59,728 nucleotides of DNA, taken from positions 1-59,728 of the IMG/VR virus record IMGVR_UViG_3300012527_000002. One strand, written 5' to 3'. Under the pieces are notes generated by a model that was not told the origin of the DNA, ran no database searches, and saw only the letters and a program-made list of their open reading frames with translations. Each line of letters opens with the position of its first letter. The first letter of the stretch is position 1. This document shows positions 33,770 through 42,742 of this stretch, piece by piece. The position numbers and the translations under genes were made by a program. The DNA comes from a virus (lineage: Duplodnaviria; Caudoviricetes).

Positions 33770-34467
33770 ACGTCTTCCCGGCTAAGGCGGCCCAGGCTGA
33801 CACAGAACAGTTCCAGTTCGCCGAGCGCTCGCTTGCCGATCTCGGCCCGCAGCGCGTCGTAGGTGGCTTCAGGGACGATCCCATCCGGGCATTCGAACGG
33901 TGTCGACAGATTGCGCCAGCCGAGAATGACCAGCCGGGCGATGCCGGCGCGTTGGCGCGGCTCGTAGGACTGCATCTCGATCGTCATGTCGCGCAGCTTC
34001 AGGCTCATCTTCCGCATCTCTTCGGCGAACAGGAGCGCGCGGTTCCGATCGCGCAGGCCCATGACGCGCTTGGGCAGCGCCGCCGGGGGCCGCGCGGGGG
34101 CTCCAGCGGTCTCGTCGATCATGCGCTGGCGGTCCTGCTCGTGCCACTCATCCATCTGCGTCGAGAACACGTCTTCGCTCTGCCAGTAGCCGTCGAGCCA
34201 GTTGGCCTTCTCTTCGCCCTCGTCATCGCCGAGAATTTCGAAGCACTCGTCGATCGTCGCGGCGCGGAACGCTTCGTTTGAAGGGGGGACGATGTTGTGG
34301 CGGAAGAGTTCGTAGCCCAGCCGGTCGAATTCGGCTTCCGTGACCGGCTTGACCGTGAACACAGGGTCGGTGTCGGCAGGCGCGCGCGGGGCGCCGCTAT
34401 CGTCGGTCTGAAGGCAGGGGGGAGTGTAGGGCAACGGCGCGGCCGTCGTCGGGATATGCAGCTTCAT
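33508..34467 (-). CDS. Tail assembly chaperone G
   Basis: Between tail tube and tape measure; ILGWRNL; low-complexity tail after the slippery site. Confidence 0.78.
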   Translation of the reverse strand: MKLHIPTTAAPLPYTPPCLQTDDSGAPRAPADTDPVFTVKPVTEAEFDRLGYELFRHNIVPPSNEAFRAATIDECFEILGDDEGEEKANWLDGYWQSEDVFSTQMDEWHEQDRQRMIDETAGAPARPPAALPKRVMGLRDRNRALLFAEEMRKMSLKLRDMTIEMQSYEPRQRAGIARLVILGWRNLSTPFECPDGIVPEATYDALRAEIGKRALGELELFCVSLGRLSREDVGNSESQPETAPTDEPLPEPSAALDSSAGDSTSAGETTPSTSNSGATHETGSDETTDESSTSSSRSTGETEKSGYIPPDSLSERQPA

Positions 34468-34523
34468 GAAAGTCCTCCGGCTGGTGGTTCCTACGCCCAC
34501 CAGCCGGAAGTCTTCAGCCTAAG

Positions 34524-35729
34524 CTAATCCCACCAGAGAGCGAGCGTCGCCGACTTGTCTACGGCAACGAATGCCGAATTGCCAGACAGGTTGACGAACC
34601 CGTTCCGGTCGCCCGGATTGTTGAGCGGGTTGAGCACCACGCTCGGCGCCAGGAACCCCCACCGGTTGCCCGCCGCGCCGCCCCAAAGCGACATCTGCGA
34701 GATCTCGGTCTGGTTGTCGACACGGGTCTCGATGTTGAAGTCCGTGACCGCCATTTGGTTGATGTCCATGTCGAGCGTGCGCGTGGTCGACATGATCTCG
34801 TAGCCGTCCTGGCCGGCCAATGCCGCGGCATTGCTCGCGCCGGCGACGTCCGAACCCATCTGGAAGCGGGTCGACTGGTGGCCAAGGGCGACCTTGTCGA
34901 GCGTGAATTTGCCGTTCCGGAAAGGTGCGATCGTGGTCAGTTGGGCGGCGGTGAGCGCAGGTGCGACGTCGTCCGCGACGGCTTCGACCAACCCCTTCAG
35001 GCTGAATTCGATGCTCGGGAAAACCTGGTTCTGCTCGTTCGACACCGGCATGTCGAAGGTGATCTGCGACACCCGGACATCGCGGTAATCGTAGCGCTTC
35101 TTGTCGCGCCAGATGCGAACCGAGAGCAGCGGCGGAGAGACCGACAGGGTGCCAAGCTGGTAAACGACGCAGGGCGGGATCGTGTAGGCCGCTGCCGCCG
35201 CCGGAGCGCCGGACATGGTCTCCGCGATCGTCGCCAGCTTGGAAGTGCCGTCATAGTCTTGGATCAGACTGGTGCCCTTGATCGCGCCCGCGCCAATCGT
35301 CGACTGCTGGATCGGAAAACCGATGTAGATGTCATCGGTCGCCGGAGCGGCCGCGGCCAGCTTCAGCGCGGTCGTGGTCGAACCGGCCTGAAGCGCGCCA
35401 GCGATCGCGGCGGCATTATGGACTTCGGCAAAGCCGGCCGCCTGAAGCACCCGGCCGAGCGGCCAGGCATTCGCGACGAACGGCGCTGCACCGCCCGGAC
35501 CGCGCAGCGCAGCGGTGGCCGAGATGCTGGCGGTCTTGCCGAGATATATTCGCGGCGCGGTGTGGACCGAGCCCGTCGACGTCGGATCTTCCGTGGTGAT
35601 CGCGTCTTCGGTGTTGGTCGGCGGCGATACCGGGACGATGTCGGCCGCTACAGGAGCGGTGAACACGCCCGCGACGACCTGGATCGCAACCGCCATGGCG
35701 ACGACGCGAGATTTGTGGTTCCATGCCAT
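34524..35729 (-). CDS. Major tail tube protein
   Basis: 401 aa, beta-rich, GGAAGN..PGDRNG; position. Confidence 0.78.
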   Translation of the reverse strand: MAWNHKSRVVAMAVAIQVVAGVFTAPVAADIVPVSPPTNTEDAITTEDPTSTGSVHTAPRIYLGKTASISATAALRGPGGAAPFVANAWPLGRVLQAAGFAEVHNAAAIAGALQAGSTTTALKLAAAAPATDDIYIGFPIQQSTIGAGAIKGTSLIQDYDGTSKLATIAETMSGAPAAAAAYTIPPCVVYQLGTLSVSPPLLSVRIWRDKKRYDYRDVRVSQITFDMPVSNEQNQVFPSIEFSLKGLVEAVADDVAPALTAAQLTTIAPFRNGKFTLDKVALGHQSTRFQMGSDVAGASNAAALAGQDGYEIMSTTRTLDMDINQMAVTDFNIETRVDNQTEISQMSLWGGAAGNRWGFLAPSVVLNPLNNPGDRNGFVNLSGNSAFVAVDKSATLALWWD

Positions 35730-35735
35730 GACTGG

Positions 35736-36146
35736 TTATTCCCCCTTCGGAGTTGGTGCGTCGGCCGCAGCCTTCACGGCCGCGGGATCGATCGGTGCGA
35801 CGTAGTCTGCCTGCGCCTGTTCGGCGGCATCCCGATTGTCGGGGTCGAAGACCACGCGCGATTCGGTGACGTCCAGCCGTTCGTCGAGCACGTCGACGCG
35901 CTTGTAGCCCGGTCCAACGCCCAAGCTGTTCGTCGGCAAAACGGTCTGGTTGAGATCGTCGACGATCCGCTGGTGGAGTTCGCCGCGTTCTTCGTCGTTC
36001 TTCGCCTGGCTGGCGTCCTTGGCCGCTTTCGACAAATCGTCGAGATCGTAGCTGCCAGCCGGAAGACTGATGGGCGCGGCGCGCGACGCTTCGGTGGCGG
36101 TGCGCGCCGGCAGAACCGAATTGACCTTGATGTTGGTGCCGCTCAT
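35736..36146 (-). CDS. Hypothetical protein (head-tail region)
   Basis: ATGA coupling. Confidence 0.65.
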   Translation of the reverse strand: MSGTNIKVNSVLPARTATEASRAAPISLPAGSYDLDDLSKAAKDASQAKNDEERGELHQRIVDDLNQTVLPTNSLGVGPGYKRVDVLDERLDVTESRVVFDPDNRDAAEQAQADYVAPIDPAAVKAAADAPTPKGE

Positions 36147-36679
36147 CCGTTTTGCTCCGGTCCGAGAAGAAGAAGTGGGTCTTCGAAGAGGGTCCGATAT
36201 AGCACAACTACGCTAATGGCCAACCGCCCTTCGTCGGGCTGCGTATTCTCGTCTGGATCGACGTCGCCATAGAGCAGATCGTCGACAATCAGGCGCAGCG
36301 GCGAGGCCATGCGGACGCACAGGCCCGCGGCATAATGCCCCACACCAAGCAACCGGTCCCAGCCGGTCGCATCGTTGGCATCGCCAGGCGCTACATTGCC
36401 GTCCACTTCGGCCAGGATCACCGAGTCGAACACCAGGTCGACCGTCATCGCCCGGCACTGTTCCGAGCTCGTGTGAAACGCGCCGCGCTCGTTATCGATC
36501 TCGCTCGAGACGTAGCGGATCGCGAGCCCGGGCCGTTCGGCAAGTTCGCTCTGGCGGTGGCGGTAGTGGCGCACCGTCAACGGCTTCGACAGGCCGAACA
36601 CCGTGTGGATGTTCGCCGCGAACAACAGCGCCTTCATCTCTTCAAGGATCACGGTTTCGGGGGGGAGCGGGAACGGCAT
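36143..36679 (-). CDS. Tail terminator-like protein
   Basis: Acidic, ends V.YRT..DP; position. Confidence 0.62.
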   Translation of the reverse strand: MPFPLPPETVILEEMKALLFAANIHTVFGLSKPLTVRHYRHRQSELAERPGLAIRYVSSEIDNERGAFHTSSEQCRAMTVDLVFDSVILAEVDGNVAPGDANDATGWDRLLGVGHYAAGLCVRMASPLRLIVDDLLYGDVDPDENTQPDEGRLAISVVVLYRTLFEDPLLLLGPEQNG

Positions 36680-37014
36680 CAGGCGGCCTTCTGAATGTCG
36701 AAGATCCAGTAGCGGCCTTGGTCTTCCGGGTCATTACCCGCGGGCCGCCATGTCGTCCCCACGCCGAGCTTGGGGTGCTGAAGGCGGTGGGTGCGTGCCG
36801 GCAGCGGCACGAGCGCCTTGGCCAGCTTCACCCTCCAGCGCGATCCCAGCGTTGGATCGAGTTCGTCGAGGCCGAGCCCTTGGCTGAAGGGGAGGACGTA
36901 GCCGAGCATGTCGACATAGGTCGCGCCGCCGTTCGGGCTGTAGGAAATCGTGTCGGCGAGGCGGGCGTCGACCGACGCGTCCATTACCGCCGACGCTGTA
37001 TCCCAATCCGACAT
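36679..37014 (-). CDS. Head-tail joining protein (FII-like)
   Basis: 111 aa, beta-rich; position. Confidence 0.62.
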   Translation of the reverse strand: MSDWDTASAVMDASVDARLADTISYSPNGGATYVDMLGYVLPFSQGLGLDELDPTLGSRWRVKLAKALVPLPARTHRLQHPKLGVGTTWRPAGNDPEDQGRYWIFDIQKAA

Positions 37015-37025
37015 CTCACCTTCCT

Positions 37026-37062
37026 AAGAAAAGGGGCCGCTCGGTCCCCCCAAGCGGCCCCT
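37026..37062 (-). terminator. Intrinsic terminator after the capsid genes
   Basis: AGGGGCCGCT/AGCGGCCCCT stem followed by TTTCTT. Confidence 0.78.
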
Positions 37063-37086
37063 ACCCTGTTGCCGTCCGTGCGTCGA

Positions 37087-37668
37087 CTACGCGGCGGCGA
37101 GGGTCTGCTTGCGCTCGTCGATCGCACCCTTCGCGCCGTCGCGGTCAAGGCCCGCTTCTTCGGCATCGTGGAGCGCGTCGAGTTCTTCGGCGGTGCTGAC
37201 GCCCTCGAGTGCCGCCTTCAGCTTGGGGATCGACTGGTTGAGGATCGCCGGGCCGTCGGCGGTCGCCTGGCGAGTCTCGCCGTCGACAGGTCCGGCGTCG
37301 GGATCGGGCAGACCGGTCCCAGGATCGCGGGCGGGCGAGTCGGGCGGGAAGGCGACCGAATTGATGTTGGACACCGAAGCGTCGTCCGTCTCTTCGTCGT
37401 TATCGACCGATTCCTGCACCCGGCGCGCGGCGGCGACGTTGACGTCTTCGGACGCAATGGTGGTCTGCCATTGCTTGTAATCGGTCTCGGTCGCGTCGCC
37501 GGTGATCTCGACCAGCCCCTTGCCGACCGCCTTGTCGGCGTCGGCCGCGGAGAGGATCGACTGGCCGTAGCGGCCATTCTCACGCTCGTCACCGGGGCTG
37601 AAGTGGTGGATGCCACTCGAGAGGGCGACGCTTCCCGCAGCCAGGGCACGGACAGCTTTGTAGCTCAT
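37087..37668 (-). CDS. Capsid-associated acidic protein (FI-position)
   Basis: Directly after MCP; C-terminal helical ILNQSIPKLK..EEAG..R. Confidence 0.6.
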   Translation of the reverse strand: MSYKAVRALAAGSVALSSGIHHFSPGDERENGRYGQSILSAADADKAVGKGLVEITGDATETDYKQWQTTIASEDVNVAAARRVQESVDNDEETDDASVSNINSVAFPPDSPARDPGTGLPDPDAGPVDGETRQATADGPAILNQSIPKLKAALEGVSTAEELDALHDAEEAGLDRDGAKGAIDERKQTLAAA

Positions 37669-37686
37669 CGCATCAGTTCCTTGTGA

Positions 37687-38748
37687 CTAGACCTTGAGAC
37701 CCGCGAGCAGCGCCTTGGGGAAGGTGCAAGCATAGAGCGGGTAGGCGCGGAGGGTAATGTCGACGAAAGTCGGCATGCGGTCGTTCGGGTCCGGCTGGAC
37801 GTAGAGGTATTCCGGACGGCCCGGATCCGCCACGTCGAGCAGGGTTTCACCCGGCGACCAGTAGACGTCGAACACGTCCTTCGCCCCGATCGGGAAGAAG
37901 ATCGCTTCGTTCGTCGTCACGTCGATCGAGCCGTTCGCCGCACCTTCATAGTGCATGAAGGTCACGCCGGCGATGGTGATCGACTCGTGGCGCGGGGCGG
38001 TGAGCAGCGGATTGGCCGCCAGCATCGTGTAGCGCGCGGTCTCCTGCAATTCGTAGCGCTTCACGATGTCGACATGCTGGATCAGGGCATACCAGAAGGC
38101 ATCGCCGACCAGTGCGCCGATCCGGGCATTGGGAGTGAGGCGCCCGTTTTCCTTCAGCGTGTCGATGATCGGATCGCGCACATTCTGCGCGATGTAGACC
38201 GCCAGCCCGTTTGCAGGGATGGCCGCGAAGTTGAAGTTGATGACCGCCGGGGCGGCGATGCCGTATTCGGCGAAGAAGTCGACCAGCAAGGTCACGCCGT
38301 CGGCATCGAACAGCTTGCCGCGCAGAGCGCCGAGACGGTGGAATTCCTTCGTCGCCTCCATGTCGGTCTTCAGTTGCGCGGTGCGATCGGTCGTAAGCTG
38401 CTGGGCGTTGACCAGCCGGACGGACTCGGGGAGCGCCGTCGACGCGACGCCCATGAGCTCACCGGCGCGAACCGTGTCCTTCTTCGACAGGCGGACCGTC
38501 TTCAGGGCGCGCATGCGGCCCATGCGGCGGATCTGCTGGATGTCCGGGCCGCCACGATTGGTCGTGGGGATCAGCGCGAAGCCGCCGTCCTCTTCATAGA
38601 GCAGGACGTCTTCGGTCAGGATCGGGCGCGGCGTGAATAGCTGCATGGACCCGAGAGCCTGCGGCATATACGGCGTGCCGCCCGCGACGCGCTGAAGCGA
38701 CGTCACGCTGAAGGCGTTGTTCTTGAAGATGTCGAGGGTCAGGTCCAT
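37687..38748 (-). CDS. Major capsid protein, lambda gpE family
   Basis: MDLTLDIFKNNAFS, TKEFHRLGALRG, YPLYACTFP. Confidence 0.9.
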   Translation of the reverse strand: MDLTLDIFKNNAFSVTSLQRVAGGTPYMPQALGSMQLFTPRPILTEDVLLYEEDGGFALIPTTNRGGPDIQQIRRMGRMRALKTVRLSKKDTVRAGELMGVASTALPESVRLVNAQQLTTDRTAQLKTDMEATKEFHRLGALRGKLFDADGVTLLVDFFAEYGIAAPAVINFNFAAIPANGLAVYIAQNVRDPIIDTLKENGRLTPNARIGALVGDAFWYALIQHVDIVKRYELQETARYTMLAANPLLTAPRHESITIAGVTFMHYEGAANGSIDVTTNEAIFFPIGAKDVFDVYWSPGETLLDVADPGRPEYLYVQPDPNDRMPTFVDITLRAYPLYACTFPKALLAGLKV

Positions 38749-38800
38749 GGTTATTCGCTCCTGTCGACGCCGAAGTCCCCGCCCCGAACGCCCGATAAAA

Positions 38801-39190
38801 TTAGAACCGGATCATCAGACCCTTGGCGGCCAACGCGGCCACCGCTGCGTCACGTTGGGGCACGGTGATACCCGTCTTGAAAGTCAGGGCATTGCCGTTC
38901 GCGACCGTCGGGCCGCGAGTAACCGCGGCAACGCGCCGGGTCGCGGCCACGTCTTCCGCGTCGGCCCAAAGGATCGCCGCGGCGACCTCCGAACCGTCGG
39001 CCAGCGCCGGATCGTGCTTGGCATACTGGCCGGTGGCCGTCACCTTGCCGAGAACCTGGCCCGCCACCATCGCGTCGGCCGAAGCCTTGATGACGATGTG
39101 ATCGTTCGCCTGGTTCGGATCGTTCGGTCCGCTTACGAAATGCCCCGCGCCACGAAGGCCAACCTGGGTAGTCTTGAGAATGCCGGGCAT
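38801..39190 (-). CDS. Head decoration protein (gpD-like)
   Basis: AGQVLGKVTATGQY..DGSE.AAAIL. Confidence 0.87.
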   Translation of the reverse strand: MPGILKTTQVGLRGAGHFVSGPNDPNQANDHIVIKASADAMVAGQVLGKVTATGQYAKHDPALADGSEVAAAILWADAEDVAATRRVAAVTRGPTVANGNALTFKTGITVPQRDAAVAALAAKGLMIRF

Positions 39191-39204
39191 GTTGCCATTG
39201 CTCC

Positions 39205-39852
39205 TTAATTACCGGTCGGCGGGACAGCCGCGGACGTGACAAAACTGGCGCCAGCGGCGCTTGCGGCGGCTACGCCCGCCTGCGCCCCGATCGGGACAAC
39301 GATGCCCATCGAGCCGGCGGTCTTGGCCTGCGCCTTGTCCCAGCCGGCGTCGGCGGCGGCGTCATCGCTGCCTTCAGCGGCAAGGCCGGTGGGGTCCGTG
39401 CCCGCGCCGAGATCGACCTTCGTCGCCGGGATCGCGGCCGCTGTCGACGCGGCGGGAGCGGGGGCAACGCCCTGCGCCTTCAGTTGATCGATGATCGCGG
39501 GAGCGGCGGCTGTCGAATTGGCGAGCAGGAACGACGCCAGTTGCGGGTTGGCCTTGCCTTCGGCGCTGGCGAACACCGCCGTCATGCGATCGTTCGCGGC
39601 GGCATATCCGGTGCCGTGTGCACCAGCAATCGCAGCCTTCGCGTCGGCGGCGACGACCACATCGGTCGGCTGGTCGGGCGCAGGGTCTCCGCCGGCGGCG
39701 TCGCGCGTGGGAGTGGGAGTGGGAGTGGGGGCAGTCTCGGTCCCGCCTTGGCCGGGCGCGGGCGCGCCGTCGTCTTCGTCACCGCCGGGCGCCGACGCAG
39801 ACGCGACGGACAGGGCGCTAAGGGCGGCGGCTGACAGGAGGCGAAACTTCAT
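39205..39852 (-). CDS. Scaffolding-like protein (Nu3 position)
   Basis: Ala/Pro-rich, between protease and decoration genes. Confidence 0.6.
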   Translation of the reverse strand: MKFRLLSAAALSALSVASASAPGGDEDDGAPAPGQGGTETAPTPTPTPTRDAAGGDPAPDQPTDVVVAADAKAAIAGAHGTGYAAANDRMTAVFASAEGKANPQLASFLLANSTAAAPAIIDQLKAQGVAPAPAASTAAAIPATKVDLGAGTDPTGLAAEGSDDAAADAGWDKAQAKTAGSMGIVVPIGAQAGVAAASAAGASFVTSAAVPPTGN

Positions 39853-39865
39853 GGCTACATGGCCC

Positions 39866-40813
39866 CTACTTGCGAGCGATCTTGCGCTCTAGTTTCATCC
39901 AAGCCTCGGGCTCGGAAAGAACATCGTTGACTAAGCCGGTGGCCAAGGCTCGAGGGCCGCTATAGACGTCCGCGTTCGTTTCGTGAACCGCTTTTTTCGA
40001 GATACCCCGATACATCGCGACTCGGTCGACAAACACGGCATCGACTTCGTCCACCATGGCCTGCAATTTCTCGGCGGTTTCGTCGTCCAGCGCTTCGAAC
40101 GGCCCCCCGCGCGCCTTGCCCGATTTCGACCGGAAGATCGTCACTTTGACACCCTCTTCCTCGAGTGCGCCGGTCATCTCTGCGTGCATGATGAGCGCGC
40201 CGATAGACCCCACCCTGCCGAGTTGCGGCACGAAGCACTTGTCGCAGGCGGCGAGCAGCGCGTAGCTGGCCGACGCCGAGTAATCGGCCGCCATGCCCCA
40301 TATCGGCTTGCCGCCGTTGCGCGCGCTGTTGGCGTAGATCGCGTCGGCCAGGTCGAAGAGCCCGTCGACAGCGCCGCCCGGCGAGTTGTGGTTCATCCAG
40401 ATCGCCTTGACGTCATCGTTAGCGATCGCGTGAAGAAGCTGCGTCCACAGACCGTCGTAGCCGGTCGCACCCGAATACGGCCCGACGCCCCAGGTGCGGC
40501 GAAGCGTGCCCTGCACCGGCAGGATCGCAATTCCGCTGGCCGTCAGTTCGTAAGGTAGGCTGTCACTTTCCTTGCGCGCGACGCCGGAGTGGCCGCCGTC
40601 GACCTTGTCCCGGCGAGCTCGCGCCTCGAGCCGGCCCATCTCGGCGAGATCTTCCATCCCGCGCGAGTCGACGGTCTCGAATTCGGTTGCCAGCGCACGG
40701 ATGTCCATGCGTCCCGACAGGACCGCGGCGATCATCGCGCCGTGCGCCGGCGTAATCAGGTGTGGGCGATCGAACACTTCGCCCATGAGGAACGGGAGAT
40801 GCTGGGAAGCCAT
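39866..40813 (-). CDS. S49 prohead protease (gpC-like)
   Basis: NSPGG, SASASYAL, VGSIG. Confidence 0.9.
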   Translation of the reverse strand: MASQHLPFLMGEVFDRPHLITPAHGAMIAAVLSGRMDIRALATEFETVDSRGMEDLAEMGRLEARARRDKVDGGHSGVARKESDSLPYELTASGIAILPVQGTLRRTWGVGPYSGATGYDGLWTQLLHAIANDDVKAIWMNHNSPGGAVDGLFDLADAIYANSARNGGKPIWGMAADYSASASYALLAACDKCFVPQLGRVGSIGALIMHAEMTGALEEEGVKVTIFRSKSGKARGGPFEALDDETAEKLQAMVDEVDAVFVDRVAMYRGISKKAVHETNADVYSGPRALATGLVNDVLSEPEAWMKLERKIARK

Positions 40814-42486
40814 TACTGGTTGTCCTCGTCTAGCTGCCCGTCGCCGTCGCCGTCGCGTTGCTGCGTCGGCTTGCCGGGTTTGGGCTTCGCGGGCTTGCCG
40901 CCTTCGTCCGGGTTGATGGTCGCGTCTTCGCCGCCCGGCGTGCCGGGCGCCAGTGGGTCGAGCATGAAGCCGCGCGACTCGGCGTCGTCGCGCTCGCTCT
41001 CGATCTCGTCGAACACGTCCTCGATGTCGCGGCCGCGCTGGGCGATGATTTCCTCACGGCTTTCGATCTTCAGCTCGATCAGTGCCTTGGCGGCCTTGGC
41101 TTCCTTCTCCGGATCGATCTGCGGGAAGCCCGGGCCGGTCCACAGGCACGCGCAGTAGGCGGTGCGATATTCGTCGAACGGGCGCGATGCCAGGGTGCCG
41201 GCGGGAAGCTCGGTCCGCAGTTTCTTGATCGCCTCTTCGATGACGGCTTCGTAGACCAGCCCGGCGACGTGCTGGCCGAACCAGAAGCGCAGCCGCATGA
41301 TCCCCTGCCAGATGTCGAGCAGCGCGGCGCGCGCGGCCGAGTAGTTGGCGTCGGAGAAATTCTTCGCCGTCTGCTCGTAGCTAAGGCCAAGGCTCGAGGC
41401 GAATTGGCGCAGGAAGCCGTTGCGGAACATGGTTGGGTCGGCGGTGCCGCGGTCGACCGCGCTCATGGTGATCTTGTCGCCAGGGGGAAGGATCGGGATC
41501 CGCGCGCCGCCGACGCGCATCTTCACCTTGTCGTAGTAATTCAGCTTGTTTTCGAACAGGCCCCACTCGTTCGCAGCGCCGCCCGCCGGCGCCAGCATGC
41601 CCGACACAACGTCCGTCGACGCGGGCGATTCGATGTAGGTCGCGAGAACCTGGTTGATCGTCGCCGCCGCCAGAAGGGCGTCGTCGAATTTGTCGAGCAT
41701 GTTGGTCTGCTTCAGGATCGTCACCAGCGTCGACACCCCGCGAAGCTGGCTGGCGCGCGACTTCACGAACCAGTGGAACCCCACCGGGCGGCCTTCGCGG
41801 GTCTCCCGGGGAACCAGCGTGTAGCTCATGTCGCCCATCGTCATCGTCGGATCGCTCGGGTGCTTCTTGCGGACGTAGAAGCCGATCATCCGGCCGTGAT
41901 CGTCGACAACCTTGCCTTCGTGCACGTTCGGGTTGGCGGCCTGCTCCGGCGGCGTCTCGAGGCGGTCCGGGTCGAGCAGGGTGACGAACGTCGCCCACCG
42001 GTGATTGAACAGCTTCGCGCGCTCTTCGTCATACTGGATGACGCCCATGCACTCGCCGTCGGGGCCGGTAATGTTTCGCAGCGCCAGCCACATCATCCCG
42101 CCGAAATCGTAGTGCCCCTCGCCGTCCTGAAGCAGCCGGCGATCGTAGGCCCAATTATTGAATTCGCGTTCGAACGACTTGCGGATCTTCTTCTGCGTTT
42201 CCTTGTCGGTGATCCCCAGCGTGTCGAAGTCCGGGGTGGCGCGGGCCATGAGCCGCGGGCCGACAACCATGTCCGCCTTGCGGTCTATGCCGCCGCGAAT
42301 ATGCTCGGAGTAGCGCTCGACGTGGCGCGCTGCGCGCACGATGTCGCGGCGCGTGCGCTGGCCCTCGACCTGTGCCGACATGGCCGGCGGCGTCGTCCAC
42401 ACCTGGCCGGGGTAGCTTTCGAGATTGCGGAAGACCTGACCGCTGCCATTGAACGACGTCGGGATGATCTGAATGTCGTCGCTCAT
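40813..42486 (-). CDS. Portal protein, lambda family
   Basis: QLRGVS, FSDANYSAARAALL, IDPEKE. Confidence 0.92.
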   Translation of the reverse strand: MSDDIQIIPTSFNGSGQVFRNLESYPGQVWTTPPAMSAQVEGQRTRRDIVRAARHVERYSEHIRGGIDRKADMVVGPRLMARATPDFDTLGITDKETQKKIRKSFEREFNNWAYDRRLLQDGEGHYDFGGMMWLALRNITGPDGECMGVIQYDEERAKLFNHRWATFVTLLDPDRLETPPEQAANPNVHEGKVVDDHGRMIGFYVRKKHPSDPTMTMGDMSYTLVPRETREGRPVGFHWFVKSRASQLRGVSTLVTILKQTNMLDKFDDALLAAATINQVLATYIESPASTDVVSGMLAPAGGAANEWGLFENKLNYYDKVKMRVGGARIPILPPGDKITMSAVDRGTADPTMFRNGFLRQFASSLGLSYEQTAKNFSDANYSAARAALLDIWQGIMRLRFWFGQHVAGLVYEAVIEEAIKKLRTELPAGTLASRPFDEYRTAYCACLWTGPGFPQIDPEKEAKAAKALIELKIESREEIIAQRGRDIEDVFDEIESERDDAESRGFMLDPLAPGTPGGEDATINPDEGGKPAKPKPGKPTQQRDGDGDGQLDEDNQ

Positions 42487-42731
42487 CAACCGATCTCCAC
42501 CGGAATCGCGCCGCCGCCGTCGCCGAACGCGAGGCTGCGATACTGCGCTTCGGCGAAAAGTTCGCGCAGCGCCAGCCGGGCTTCGCCGATGTTGCCGCGG
42601 GCATATTCGATCCGGCGGCCCTCGCCGGCGACTACCGCGATGCCGCCCGAAACGGCGGTCTTGATCGCTGCGATATACTCGGCGACTTCCGCCTCCAGCG
42701 CTTCGTCGGTCAGGCTGGCGTAAATCCGCAT
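42486..42731 (-). CDS. Head completion protein (gpW-like)
   Basis: 81 aa between TerL and portal; GRRIEY. Confidence 0.7.
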   Translation of the reverse strand: MRIYASLTDEALEAEVAEYIAAIKTAVSGGIAVVAGEGRRIEYARGNIGEARLALRELFAEAQYRSLAFGDGGGAIPVEIG

Positions 42732-42742
42732 CGTTTCCGTCC

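Noticed and set aside
34476-34508. Strong hairpin after the tail tube gene as a terminator
   Set aside because: No U-tract; more likely an mRNA stabiliser or RBS-occluding stem, so not called
39707-39730. (GTGGGA)n simple repeat as a phase-variation tract
   Set aside because: In-frame hexamer encoding a Pro-Thr linker
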